Shown: in pieces, positions 13,045-24,741 of the stretch
Layout of the letters: each line of letters begins with the position of its first letter
How positions within the stretch are numbered: the stretch's first letter is position 1
NCBI GenBank assembly: GCA_905178155.1
Contig: CAJINV010000001.1
Coordinates: 9,073,865-9,137,864 of the forward strand
Source: Amoebophrya sp. A120
Taxonomy: Eukaryota > Protista > Dinoflagellata
DNA: 64,000 nucleotides
Direction: 5' to 3'
Notes under the pieces: model-generated
Databases searched by the model: none
Told to the model about the DNA's origin: nothing
What the model saw: the letters and a program-made list of their open reading frames with translations, nothing else
Program-made: the position numbers and the translations under genes

Positions 13045-13683
13045 TCACTCCATCGACTCCTCCTCAACGGGGTCGTGCAAACGCTGCGTCATAGACACAT
13101 CCCGGGTACTCACGGCGCGACTCGATCTGCTCCCCGCTAAGCACCACCGATCCACGAGCAAGATCAGAATCAAGACGACACACACGGCGGTTAAGACCAC
13201 GGCTCCGCGGTACAGCGTGGGGTATTCGAGACGAAGCCGCGTCAGCGAAGAGGTCCTCTGAGCAGCTTCTTCCGCACTGAGAGTGACGCCGACTCCCGTC
13301 GGAAGCTTCTGCGGCCCCGGCATGTGGCCAAACGACGTTGATGCTTTCTTATTCGCATCCTGTGCCTCGTCACGGTAGAACCTCGTCACCGCGCCCGGTA
13401 GCGGCGAACTCTCCTGGTGGCGAGTTGCGGACGCCGGAGGCTTGTTACTGGACGGGGTTTCAGATGGTTTTTCAATTCTCTCCTCCGTTGCGGCTCTGGT
13501 TGCGCTCGCAGAAGGTGCCCCGGGCGCCACGAACGCGATCTTCTGCGCGAAAACTGCTAGTCTCAGCCATGATTTGTTTTCTGTCTGATTCGTCCCGATA
13601 TGGGCTAGCGACGCGAGTACAGACGCCCAGCACGATAAGCGACGCACCTTTTGCGCTGCAGACCTCCAAGAGGTCATCGTCAA
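13045..13683 (-). CDS. Hypothetical protein with C-terminal transmembrane helix
   Basis: 212-codon ORF with the hydrophobic segment AVVLTAVCVVLILILLV; true start uncertain. Confidence 0.45.
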   Translation of the reverse strand: MTMTSWRSAAQKVRRLSCWASVLASLAHIGTNQTENKSWLRLAVFAQKIAFVAPGAPSASATRAATEERIEKPSETPSSNKPPASATRHQESSPLPGAVTRFYRDEAQDANKKASTSFGHMPGPQKLPTGVGVTLSAEEAAQRTSSLTRLRLEYPTLYRGAVVLTAVCVVLILILLVDRWCLAGSRSSRAVSTRDVSMTQRLHDPVEEESME

Positions 13684-14384
13684 ACTTAGTACTTATCTCT
13701 ATCGCTTTGCTTTCAACTCCCAGCTAAACGCTTTCTGCGCAGTGGTGGCCGAGTCGGCGCTTGGAAATAGAAACCATGCCTTCAGCGAGTATCACTGCTG
13801 CACTTTGAGGGTCATACTTTCCTCGCTCGCTAAATCAGTCGCCGTCGATGACATCATCCTAGTCGCTCGTCCGCCAACACCCGCATAATTGCACGGACAA
13901 ACATGATCTACGTCGACGCATCATTCGTGCTAGCGTCTCGATGCGCCAGACTAATTGGTGTAGCACATGTCGGCGCTGACACGGAGAAATTGAAATGTTT
14001 TTTCTCGAGGACCAATTGATGCAAATTCCACGCGCGTATTAAAAGGACCTGAGTAAGGTTAGCTAGTAGCGTTACCAACCCAAACACAAGAGTCCCGAAA
14101 GGCAAAGCGAGACCCAAAAACAAAATCCTGCTTGATTTTGTGCGAAAAAAGAAAGTCTTAGTCTGCTCTTTGACGAGACGGAAAGAGAAAGTCTCGGTCT
14201 TTGGCGAGCGCGCACGTTCAAACACGGTACACCCTACGACAAGCAGTTGAAGTAACTTACATAGGCAAAGCACTCATTACCTACCAACTAAACCAAAAGT
14301 AAACCGTGATGACCACTCCAGCCGCAACGTGAACCAGACCATTCATCAGAGGAGCGTCGTCAGCACACACGCTCCTGCAAACAT

Positions 14385-15308
14385 CTAAGCTTCCAGCTTG
14401 CCTTCGGCCCTTCTTTTTTCCACGAGTTTCTCGATGATATCCCAGTCAGTGAGCGAGTCAATTTCCGCCGCGGTGTCCTCTGCCATTTCGTACACGCACG
14501 TTTTCTCACCGCAGCAACGGTTGTATCTCCCGGTTTTCGCCCCCTCCTGCAGAAACCGCGCCACTCCGAAGAAGTAGAAGGCCCCATTCTCCATGCGCTC
14601 ACCGTCCCAGTCCTGGCGCCGCGGTCTGCGTGCGGGGTCGTAGTTCATCGGGACGGCGAGCTGGTTTTCCGCATCGACCAGTTTCCAAAAAAAGCGGTGG
14701 TACCTGACCACCGTGACGAGCGAATCCGCCTGCGCCTTGCGCATCAGCTGCAGACTCTGCCGAAAGTCCTCCGCGGTGGTAAGCGGGCTCGTCGCCTGGA
14801 TCAAACAGCACATGACGTTTCCGTTGGAACAAACTTGCGCGTGATCCGGCTCCTCGACCTCGGCACTTGTAGACAATAAATCGCCGGCTGTGCCGTTGTT
14901 GGCGATAGTGTTTTCGTTCTTGTCCACCGCCGCAGAAGAAGTACAACTTCTACTACTACTCACCAACTTCGGAAAGTTCGCAAGCAGAAACTCGGCGACC
15001 GCGGATTCGCTGCTGGCCTTGTCCGAGGCTGTCTCCGCGGAACGCTGGAACACCTCCGCCCCGTAGCTGCTGGCCACGGCGGCAATTTCATCATCATCCG
15101 TGGATACTACCACACGTTTAAACACCCCCGATTTCCGCGCTGCTGTGACCGTGTAGGAGAGGAGCGGCTGGCCGGCCAGAGGCTTTATGTTCTTCCGGGG
15201 AATGCCCTTCGAACCCCCACGAGCTAGGATCAACGCAACGATGTATTCGTTGTTCTCGGAAACGTTCCCCGGCGGGGGTGACGGGGAGACGCTCTCCAAT
15301 GAAGACAT
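14385..15308 (-). CDS. CMAS: N-acylneuraminate cytidylyltransferase (CMP-sialic acid synthetase), intronless
   Basis: [25 protein letters not shown] P-loop, VVSTDD, IQATSPL, and [18 protein letters not shown] motifs of the NeuA/CMAS family. Confidence 0.9.
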   Translation of the reverse strand: [307 protein letters not shown]

Positions 15309-16358
15309 CGGGGAAGGAGTGAGTTAATACCAGCAAAGCCCTCAAACTGATTTTTTTGTAACTCCACCTGGCAAAACGACTTCTCGGTGAAATTCTACTG
15401 GTGGATCGTTAAGCTATATCAGGGCTGTTGGTGTCTCTCCATTCTTGCTTCTACGCGTACCGATCATACAGGAGGGCAGCTCTACGCTTGCTTTATGCGA
15501 AGCCCGTGGGAAGCTTTTTCTTCACTCCTTATTTCTCAGCCAGGAATCGGGACTAGCATATCCAGCCAGCTACCTTGAAATAAGACGACAAAAAGCTACA
15601 AAAACTCGAAACGCCGGAACAAAAATGCGAAAAGAGGAGAAGACATCCGCTGCTGACGGGCCTTGAACCTTAACACCAAGAACAGAGAGAAGAAATGGAC
15701 GAGAAGACATAGAGTCTGCAATTTTACACCGGATAAAAAGGAATCTGGTTTCTTTTCTTCAAGGTGTTCCCGTATGCTTGGTAAAACTTATCCTGCCCCC
15801 AGTTATTGACTGTTGTGCAGATCCTATTTTAGTGTACAGGTGGGTGTATCGTAATCGGTGATGGTATCACGCACAAGATAGCGCAACTCAACTCGCACTC
15901 CAATGCTGCAGCGTATGTTGACTATCGCAAGCGTGAAGCCACGTACTTATACATTCGTCGCGGAAAATGATCGATGTGTTTGCAAATAAGATAAAAGTGA
16001 AACATGAAAACTTTGGAATAATCATTCAAGACAACTCTACAAGGGCCACCACCGTGACTCAATTACTCAATACCAAAATATGCAGCTTCTCGTCGCTGTG
16101 CGCTTCCATGTCTCCTCAGCTGAAATTCATCAACGATCCCTGCTGCGCGCGGATACTTTGATTCTATTTCGTTTTCAACAAAACAGATGGTAAAACTCTG
16201 AAAGCAACTTGAGCATCCTGTGAAACAACTACTATCACTAAAGAAAAGAAACTACCATACTTAACATTCTCCATCTCCTATGAACACTTTATTCATGATT
16301 TTCATGTGACAAAGTACACTCATTCTTCAACTGAAGCTACTGTGCCGCAAGAAAACAC

Positions 16359-18049
16359 CTACTCCCCCTGCGCCATTTCCTGGTCCGCAGATGTGAGTGG
16401 CTGCAAGGGCATGGGGTCTGGTTGCGACAGCAGAATCTGTGGCTTCGGCAATACCGTCTTCGTCCAGTCAAGTGTGGTCGACAGTGGCGCTTTCGGCTTC
16501 GTCACCGCCTGCAAAAGCGTCGGAGCCCAGTGCCACCTGCGGATGTGAAATTTGTTTTATAGACTTTTTTGTCGTTGCATTTTTCTTCCTTGCAATAAAT
16601 TTCGACGGACGATACCTTCGAAATAAACATAAATCATTGATTGTTGATCTTCCTCCGCTAGAACGTCGATCGCGATGAAGCAGCGTCAAAAGAAGAACAA
16701 CGACGGGAAACAATGCTACAAGCAAAAAGCATAAGCAGATACGGCAATTGCCGGGCTTCCGTTCCTTTCTCCAGTTCTGGCACGAGGTATTTTTCTCGCA
16801 GTTGCGGCAGGCAGGTGAGCGGATTTGAGGTGAACAGGGTCAACTTGGGTTTCGTGGCGAAGGTTGGCGGCTTTTCGATCAGGAGCGGTTGCACCGCCGA
16901 CAGCTTTATCAAATGTAAAAATGTCTGGGTCTGGATGTCATGCTTGTCTGGCATGACTCTTAAATCTGTCATGCACGTTACCCAAGAGCTCCGCTTTTCT
17001 GTGATGCAGAAGCGCAGTTTGTCATGCAGAATAGGCAATACCTAGGAGCTCAGAAACTTGTCATGCTGAGCCAGCATTTGTAGCCTCATCATGAGACGCC
17101 ACCCAGCATCACAAGTTTCCAGACCCAGACATATTCACTTTTGATAAGCTTGGGCTGCGGCAGCCCACCGAACATGGCGGCCCCCGTGGCACCCATGATA
17201 CTCGCGTGCGTGCTAGCACCTCCCGGGAGCGCCGTCGCCACGCTGGCAACGCTGGTCATGGTATTCACCTGTTCCAGTGTAGTAGTTGGCTCTGCCGCTC
17301 CTGCCACGGCGGTGGAGGTGGCCTTACTGTTCAGAATCTCCTCGATAACGGTCTTCTCTTCGCCCAACGTTTTCTCCTCCACTTGCTCGAGTTGTTCCGC
17401 GAACACGAACCCGCTACCGAGCAAACTCTTCGGGGACGCTGTGATGGAGTTACTTATGGTGTGGCTTTTAATCCATAGCTAAACTTCTTGCAACGCTCTT
17501 GCATCGAAAAACAACAGGAAGCAACAGCTAAGTGAAACCCAACATAAAAATCAATACATGGATCGACCAACTCGGGTTCCTTGGGGCTGCGGCAAGCCGA
17601 CCGCGGCGAAAGCGCTTCGACGAGGTCTTGGACGCCCTCCGGGGGCAGCACCACCTTCAACGGAGACGGTTTCTGTTCGGTCAGCTTCAGCAGCTTGCTC
17701 TTCTCCGGAATCAAGTGCGGTCGGGGCAGGTTCTGATGAATGTTGTATACGAATCAATGCAGCACATGCACAAGAACGCAGTTGCTGAAAAAGTTGAAAT
17801 TCGTAGCCGAGGCTAGAAAAAAAGGTACCACGACTGCAATCAATCATATCCTCTATAATTTCCTTTTCGTACCAAGTGCAGTTTTGGCGGAGAGAGCACA
17901 AGGGCGGGCTCTTGCTCCACAACGTCTTCCACATCTGAGACGCTGCCCTCATCCCGGACTGTGGTCCCCTTCGCCGAGTCGCCCTTTTTCACGCCCTCGA
18001 GCCGCTTTGGGCGCTTGAAGTTTGGGTTGTGAACCAACTTTTTGGACAT
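16359..18049 (-). CDS. Hypothetical multi-exon protein interrupted by a family A introner
   Basis: Exon ORFs 17840-18049, 17454-17714, 17089-17424 and 16658-17038. The join PQPK|LSAVQP is in frame after element removal, and the last exon ends at TAG 16361-16359. One junction (~17480-17560) is unresolved. Confidence 0.6.
16907..17146. mobile_element. Introner TIR element, family A (240 bp), TSD AGCTT; inverted copy of the 7793-8050 subfamily
   Basis: TATCAAATGTAAAAATGTCTGGGTCTGGA ... TCCAGACCCAGACATATTCACTTTTGATA; AGCTT at 16902-16906 and 17147-17151; the internal sequence is a near reverse complement of 7793-8050. Confidence 0.95.
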
Positions 18050-18986
18050 CCTGTCGCAAACTTATACCGTTACCCTATTTCCACGGACTAGAAGCGAGAT
18101 CTTTTGGGTTTCTACTCACTTGAGCTTCACTGTTTCACTGAATAACGATTCGCTGGGTGCGAACGATTTGCTGGGTGAATCACAGGAGATGGAAAAATGC
18201 AACGAGCTCATCGCAGAAGGGCTACCACACCCGCAAAAGACACGCAGGGAAGAAAAGGAAAAAACAAACCGACGAGAACGTCCTCTTAATAATTGCAAAA
18301 ACACTCTTAGAGCTTGGCTTCCTCGAGAAGCTCAGAAGGTTAAAAAAAGAAGTGCGTCTGCGCCTGTCAAGGTAAGCCGGAGAAGGCCTCCCAATTGCTG
18401 TTAAACAAATCCAAAAAAACTCAGAAAAAACGGACAACTGGAAGCAGAAACGAAAGGGTTTAGTTCCAGCTCGCTCCGTGATGAACACAACTACCGAGAA
18501 AATCCAATCAAAAAAAACCCCCGTGGGACACAGCGGCTCGTTGGTTTTTGCAATGCGATCTTCAGCAGATACCTTTTGCCGCCTGGTCTCGTTTCACCAC
18601 AAGCATCGTATTTTATGTATTTTATTTGCGGTTTCTCGTTTACCAAGCATCGTATATCATTTGCCGTTTCTAGTTTACAAAAAGCCCCGATATACTAAAA
18701 ACAAAAAAAAATTGATTTAAGCGAAAGTACAGAATCCCATACCCAACAAGCACGAGGCAGACAACCTGGCAGGCTACCATGCTTTCGGCTTCTAGATATG
18801 GTTGCCCTCATAGGGTCGACGTGTAGAACGTTCAGATAAAATCTTTACGCGATCAGAACAAGACCGACAGAGCTAGTAGGGGAAACCAAATGCCTAAGTC
18901 AATCATACACAATGGGGTACTTACTAGAGGGGTCCTCTTGGTTTTCGCAAACTAAATATCCACCGAGCTCGTCTTCATCTACCTCC

Positions 18987-21900
18987 CTAACCGCCGCCTG
19001 CATCTCCTCCCGCCATTCCGTCCAAGGACGGGGTTCCCAGCGTCCACGAGAAGTGGTCGACCGGTTCGAAGGACCGGTATGGCACGGGCATGAACCCCGG
19101 CTCGTACCCGGGTTTGTCTGCCACCTGGTACACCCAGTACCCCGCAAAGTCCAAATCAGTGTCCAAAACGTCGGCGTAGTCGGGCGTCAGGAAGAATTCG
19201 TCGTACCAGGCCTCCGGCGGCTTCACCGGGTTCAGGTGCCCTTCTTGTTCGCCCTCCATGCGCTTGCGCATGTCCGCCACGATGACCGAGTGCTTGGTCC
19301 GCACCTGGCGCAGCACCCGCTGCACCTGCCACTCCTTGAACTCGAGCCGGAACTCCGTCATGTACTGGAGGGCCGCCCGCGGCAGCGGCACCAGAAAAAA
19401 GGTCTTCGGGCCGGTGCCGCCCAGGGTCCAGAACGGCCCCGCGACCAGGTCCCGGCGGATCCGCAGGTGCGGGGTCCACGTGTCCATCGGCGACAAATGG
19501 TCTCCGGCCACTTTGGGTTTCCAACACAACCGGTGGAACGCCGAGCTCCGCCCCCGCGGCACGAGCGCGCTCTGTGGCAAGGGGGCCTCGTTGCACTTCT
19601 CCTCGCCCAGATTGGAACGCGCGCTGTTCAGAGACACCTCCTTCCCGGGGGGCTTGGGGTGCGGCGCGAACAGCGGCCAATCCAGCATCTCGTCCGGTCT
19701 CGGTTCCTTCAGCGCGCCCGACCCGAACGCGGACCCCGCGAACGTCAGACCCGCGTCGCGCGGGCTCTGCTGACGCCGGATGCGCCATCCCGTGACGATG
19801 TTCGGAATGCCGTCCTTGACCAGGTAGTACGCAAAGCTGGCCTGGTCCAGCAGCACGTCGCCTTTCGTTTTCGTGACCAGCTTTCGTACCTCCTGCCCGC
19901 GGGCGGCCTGCACCAGCCGCAGCTTCTGGTAGTAGCTCAACGAGTGCTTGCGCATTTTCTCCTGTGCCTCCGGCGAGTCGACGGCACCCTCTTCGGCCTC
20001 AAACACGTAGTTGTGCAGTCCCTCCTGCAGCGTCGGGTTGCCCGAGGTTGCGGAGTCGCGCAGCATGCCCTTTTTGTGCGCGACAACGCTCGCGAACCAG
20101 TCCTGCATGCGGGTGCCGTCTTCTGCGCGAACCTGCTTGGCAAACCGCGGGTCGATGGACGTGAGTGCGGGAACGAGCGTCTTCTCCCATAGCGTGTTGC
20201 GCTGCAACACCGAAACACTTTTGTCCACCAGCTCGAACGCAAAGGGAAAGCCAAAGGATTCTTTCTTTTTGTCGTTGTTGTTTCCAGCACCGGGCTGGTT
20301 GTCATTGTTGTCCTGCTGCTGCTGCTGCTGTCTTTGCACTGGTGAGCCCTCCAGCGTCATGCGCTGGCTGATTACGCGCTGCGCGGCCTCCAGCCCGCCC
20401 AGATTCTGGATGAACACCGCCACGTCCGCGGCTTCTTCCTCATCTAGCGCCCGCTGCCTTGCATCACCCACCACCGACTGCTGGGCCGCCCGCCTCTGGT
20501 CCTGAAGCGGAAAGACGCCTTCAACGCCGCCGTAACCCGCGGCCTTGTGCACATCGTATTCCAAGATTGCTTTCGCCTTCCCCGCGACCTTCGTCGCATC
20601 GCACCAATCCGGCTTGGGAGTCGCGTTCGCGTGGAACACCGTCGGCCCGGCACCGGTGCATTTCTCTTCGTACAGCTTCACGGCCTTGTAGGTCTTGGCG
20701 ACCCAGGTTTCCCACTCCTTCTTGCCGCTCGCGAAAACTTTTGCGAGTGCGGCCACGGAGGGCTGGGTGGCTGGGTACTGGGCCAGTTCGAAGGACGAGA
20801 TTTCCGGTTTCGCGGCTTGCTGTTCGTAGATGGTGGCCAGCGTGTCGTAGGGCGAAGCTGGCTCGGCAGCGTTGCCGGGCCCCTGCTGCTCCTGCTGCTG
20901 CATCCCGGGCACGATGACGCAAAAGTAGTAGACAACCGCGAACACGCCCCCTGCAAGTAGCACGAACACGCCGCCGGCGATCCACCAGAACAACGACGCT
21001 TGCCACCACGGCGGGGCGTCCCCAGCACCGTCCTCCTTGTTGTCCAGCTCATCGAGCTTCGCCTGCAACTTCACGGCCATTTCCATCGTCATCGCCTTGC
21101 CGGCCGGCTCGGTCAAAATCGCAAACTCTGCTTCCTCCAGCGGCACTGCCGCACCAGTCGCTGCGCCGTCCTGCGACGAGGTTGCGTGCGTGGGCGCCAC
21201 GTTCGTCTGCGCGCACGAAGAACTCCCGTCCACCGCCGCGACTTTCGACGCACCCCCGCCGACAAGGACCTTCGCCTTGTTGTAATGAAAGTAGGGGTAA
21301 TCGAGCGGCTTCAGGTTCTTTTTTGAAAAGTCGAGCTTCCACGAATCCTCTTTCCATTTCTGCCGTTTCGATTTCGACGCATTTATGTTGCCCACCGACG
21401 CTTCCGAATCCGAGGAGCAGAGAGTGGACGCCGCTTTCACGTGGTCCGCGACCACCGTCTGGCACAGGTTCTCGATCCGCAACCGCAGCACATCCTTTTC
21501 CGGCGGAACGGTGTCGGAGGAGAACTGCAACTGGGCTCCGTGCGCCGTGACGGCCTGGGCCAGGGAGGGAAACAGGATGTCGCGCACGAACCGATCGAGC
21601 AGGTCCAGCCCGAAGGCGCAGGCCTGCTCGCGGGTCGGGGTCTGCGGGCAGCAGACGGTGGGGATGCCAAAAGATTCGAGCACCTTGCCGACCGTGAGGG
21701 TGTGGCAGCCCAGCAGGACCACCAGCGACGGCAGCGAGTGCTTCTCGCCGCGGGACTCCACCAGCTCGCGCAGGAAGAGGTTCAGGTCCCGCGCCAGCAC
21801 GGGCTCTTGGCTGCCCAGCTTCAGTCCGCGGTTCAGAAACTCCTGGCCCTGCGTGTGCCCGAAATAGTACCACACGTCCGGCCGGTCGCCCAGCACCTTG

Positions 21901-24671
21901 TCCTTCCACCCACTCCAGGTGTAGGCCGCGTCAATCTTCACGTCCAGTGCGCTGTCGCGCTCCTCGAACCACTGGCGTACGTCCTCCTCGTGGTGGTCTA
22001 GCAAAATGTCGCGGCTCACGTTGTCGCCCCGCTCGCCGTTCAGAAGCAAAATCTTCGGCTCGCGCAGCCGCACCGGCTGCGACTCCGCGGACAGCCGCGA
22101 AAACAGCGCGCTGTCCTCAGATGTTGACAGCATCGAAGTCATAGCTACTGGCGCAACAATCCCTCCCGGATTCACATCCACGCCCGCCTGAGCGAAAGCT
22201 TCCGGCAGCACCGAGAAAGCGGCCTTCATTTCCAGCTTCGCGGGCTCGTCCGACAGGCACCCGCCCAGAGCCTTGTTAACCCGCACCAGGTAGCCTTCCA
22301 AGGCCTCCTTCCCGTCTTCCAGAAATTGCTGCTTTTTCCCGATGGAGGCGGTTTGCAACGCTGGACTCATCGTCTGCCGACTCAAGCCGTTCGAGGAGGA
22401 GGTGTCGTCGCAGCTGCTGCTGTGGCAGGACGAAGTGTCCGAGGAGATCCCCAGCCGCTGCTTTGCGAGCGACAACGACAGCAGGGACTCGTGGGTCAGC
22501 CGCAAGCCGCCCGGCACTCCCTCCTCGACGAGCACGCGGCCGTGCAGCGTCGGCAGAAAGTACTTGGCGCACACCAGTTCGTTGGTGCCCACGTCGAAGG
22601 ACAACTCCCAGTGCATCCGGGGCACGTACCGCTCAAACTTCGCGTATCCCGGTCCGAGGTGGCGCAACACCGTGCCGTCCGCCTCCAAGGCCCGCTGCAC
22701 GAACGACATCAGCAACATCATGCGCGCGCGGTCCGCACAGACCTTCTCCTTCGTGGTCGCGAACAGAGCGGCTTTGTGCTCGTTCCGCAAAATTGCCCCC
22801 TGCTCCACGCACTTCCGGTTGCAGGTGCGCCCGCACACGGCCAACTTGTGCGAGACCTCTTTCATGGTGGCGCGAACCTGTGGTCGATTCGAAGTAGAAC
22901 CTCGTGCGTCGCGGCAGATCAGTTCCGGGGCAGTTGTAGCAGTAGTAGTACCATTACCAACATCCTGCTGTTGTATCAGTAACCCACTGCTGGAACAATT
23001 GTCGATCTCCACTACGACCTTCGTCGACTTTCGGATCGCGTTGGACAGTCCCAAAGCCTCCTGCAGGTCTCGAACCTTCGCCAATTCGCACCCGCGTTTC
23101 ACAAAATCAGTAATGTCCACCGACCACTTGTTGTTGGGGCGCGTGATGGAACTACTAGAAACCTGCTGTGTGGAAGTGCTGGGGGCTCGGTTCGTCAACA
23201 TTCCGTGCGAGCCAGAGCTTTGGTGCTGGTCAAAGCTGTAAGCAGCAATTGATTGCAGCTCCTCTCCCGACGAGCCCCGACGGTTTGGAGAATTGTTGCT
23301 GCCGGAACTACTGAAACTAGTGGAGTGCGACAGTAGCGGGTCGAACGCGGTCGCAGCGTCCACTACATTCGCCTGCTGCCGTTCCTCGCTCGACAGAAAT
23401 CCCAGCAAGTGGTAAATCTCGTGCAACACGGCGTTCGTGAATTCCGGCGTGGTCGAGACTAGATCCTGGAGAATAGCCAGCTGCGCGATCAGCCGAAACT
23501 TTTTGATAACGGTATCATTTGACGTCTGTCCGTCGAAGGAAGTTGCAGGATCCCCGTGTTGGGTGGGATTTGGATTTCCCGGGTCTGATAGTAACCGCGG
23601 CTGCTCCAGCCGAATGTCGAAAACTTTCTTGCTGGTGCTTTTCTCCAATGAGAACATAAAGTCGAAAAGGGAAACGCGTTGCTGCGGAAGGCTTCGGGGC
23701 GAAAACCCGGCTCCGTCGTCCAGGGAGACCAACCACTCGAGGCAACCGCAGTCGAAATTTAGATGCGCGGCCGCATCGGGCGCTGCCTCGGTACTAGCGG
23801 CCCGTTGTTGATGGTCCCCGTTTTCAAAGAAGCGCACAACAACTGACGCGTCGTCGAATTCGCAACCCAAAACCTGCGTCGCAAATTTGCGCAGCCGCGG
23901 GAGGACGACATTCGACCGAATCTGCTCGAGCAAGGCTCTTTTTTCCAGGGTGAAAAGCGGCGCCGGAAGGTTCCGGAACCGCACACGCACATGGTTCGTA
24001 TCCCGCATCTCGAGGTTGGCAAGGCTATGCTCGATGTGCATCGGTGGAAGCACGACATTGTGCGGATTCAAAATCTTCCGGGTCTCCTCTGCGTCAAAAT
24101 CATTGAAATCAGGCCCATGCGCGTAGCCATTATAGCCAGCATCCGCTCCGTCCCGAGCTCCAGTGGGGCTTTGGCTCACAGTCGTGCCTGTCGTCGTAGG
24201 GCTTAAAAGCTGGGGTTGCTGCGGGTGCTTGGGTTGCTCGTCCATCCACTCTAGCAACACCCGCACTAAACACTGTTGAGACGTAATCGGCACGCCGTTA
24301 TTGACAACTACTTGTGATGAAAAGTTTCCCTGGTTCGCTTGATGGTTTCCTTGAAACGGCGTGATGGTTGGCTGCAGGCGCCCGTTCTCAAGCACCCCTT
24401 GACTGAGCAATGTCATGTAGTTCGCAATCACGTGGTCAACTGGCACTCCCGCCGCCGGTCTGCCACCAAAACTTTCTGCCTGCGGAAGGCTGTGCAGTGG
24501 TTCCGCGGCCATCGGAGCAAAGTTGTCTTGCTGCGACGCAGCAAAAGGCTGATGATGAAAAGGCAGATGCTGCCCGTGTTGACTTCCATGTCCGAACGTA
24601 GCAGCTTGCAGCACCTGATGCTGCTGGTGTGCATCCGTGCTACCCACGACGCTGCTGTCGTTCATCATCAT
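18987..24671 (-). CDS. Large single-pass membrane protein with CHAT/caspase-like (clan CD) motifs, paralogue 1 (~1,890 aa)
   Basis: Intronless ORF with likely ATG at 24671 (MMMNDSS). PDVWYYFGHTQG and LPSLVVLLGCHT match the CHAT His/Cys motif pattern; TM helix WWIAGGVFVLLAGGVFAVVYYF at ~20915-20990; strong similarity to 28939-34050. Confidence 0.8.
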   Translation of the reverse strand: MMMNDSSVVGSTDAHQQHQVLQAATFGHGSQHGQHLPFHHQPFAASQQDNFAPMAAEPLHSLPQAESFGGRPAAGVPVDHVIANYMTLLSQGVLENGRLQPTITPFQGNHQANQGNFSSQVVVNNGVPITSQQCLVRVLLEWMDEQPKHPQQPQLLSPTTTGTTVSQSPTGARDGADAGYNGYAHGPDFNDFDAEETRKILNPHNVVLPPMHIEHSLANLEMRDTNHVRVRFRNLPAPLFTLEKRALLEQIRSNVVLPRLRKFATQVLGCEFDDASVVVRFFENGDHQQRAASTEAAPDAAAHLNFDCGCLEWLVSLDDGAGFSPRSLPQQRVSLFDFMFSLEKSTSKKVFDIRLEQPRLLSDPGNPNPTQHGDPATSFDGQTSNDTVIKKFRLIAQLAILQDLVSTTPEFTNAVLHEIYHLLGFLSSEERQQANVVDAATAFDPLLSHSTSFSSSGSNNSPNRRGSSGEELQSIAAYSFDQHQSSGSHGMLTNRAPSTSTQQVSSSSITRPNNKWSVDITDFVKRGCELAKVRDLQEALGLSNAIRKSTKVVVEIDNCSSSGLLIQQQDVGNGTTTATTAPELICRDARGSTSNRPQVRATMKEVSHKLAVCGRTCNRKCVEQGAILRNEHKAALFATTKEKVCADRARMMLLMSFVQRALEADGTVLRHLGPGYAKFERYVPRMHWELSFDVGTNELVCAKYFLPTLHGRVLVEEGVPGGLRLTHESLLSLSLAKQRLGISSDTSSCHSSSCDDTSSSNGLSRQTMSPALQTASIGKKQQFLEDGKEALEGYLVRVNKALGGCLSDEPAKLEMKAAFSVLPEAFAQAGVDVNPGGIVAPVAMTSMLSTSEDSALFSRLSAESQPVRLREPKILLLNGERGDNVSRDILLDHHEEDVRQWFEERDSALDVKIDAAYTWSGWKDKVLGDRPDVWYYFGHTQGQEFLNRGLKLGSQEPVLARDLNLFLRELVESRGEKHSLPSLVVLLGCHTLTVGKVLESFGIPTVCCPQTPTREQACAFGLDLLDRFVRDILFPSLAQAVTAHGAQLQFSSDTVPPEKDVLRLRIENLCQTVVADHVKAASTLCSSDSEASVGNINASKSKRQKWKEDSWKLDFSKKNLKPLDYPYFHYNKAKVLVGGGASKVAAVDGSSSCAQTNVAPTHATSSQDGAATGAAVPLEEAEFAILTEPAGKAMTMEMAVKLQAKLDELDNKEDGAGDAPPWWQASLFWWIAGGVFVLLAGGVFAVVYYFCVIVPGMQQQEQQGPGNAAEPASPYDTLATIYEQQAAKPEISSFELAQYPATQPSVAALAKVFASGKKEWETWVAKTYKAVKLYEEKCTGAGPTVFHANATPKPDWCDATKVAGKAKAILEYDVHKAAGYGGVEGVFPLQDQRRAAQQSVVGDARQRALDEEEAADVAVFIQNLGGLEAAQRVISQRMTLEGSPVQRQQQQQQDNNDNQPGAGNNNDKKKESFGFPFAFELVDKSVSVLQRNTLWEKTLVPALTSIDPRFAKQVRAEDGTRMQDWFASVVAHKKGMLRDSATSGNPTLQEGLHNYVFEAEEGAVDSPEAQEKMRKHSLSYYQKLRLVQAARGQEVRKLVTKTKGDVLLDQASFAYYLVKDGIPNIVTGWRIRRQQSPRDAGLTFAGSAFGSGALKEPRPDEMLDWPLFAPHPKPPGKEVSLNSARSNLGEEKCNEAPLPQSALVPRGRSSAFHRLCWKPKVAGDHLSPMDTWTPHLRIRRDLVAGPFWTLGGTGPKTFFLVPLPRAALQYMTEFRLEFKEWQVQRVLRQVRTKHSVIVADMRKRMEGEQEGHLNPVKPPEAWYDEFFLTPDYADVLDTDLDFAGYWVYQVADKPGYEPGFMPVPYRSFEPVDHFSWTLGTPSLDGMAGGDAGGG

Positions 24672-24741
24672 CTCGAAATTGTGTCGAGTGAAGAGAGAGC
24701 TAAATGATTGCAATTCCTGTTCCCCGAGAATTAGTATTATA

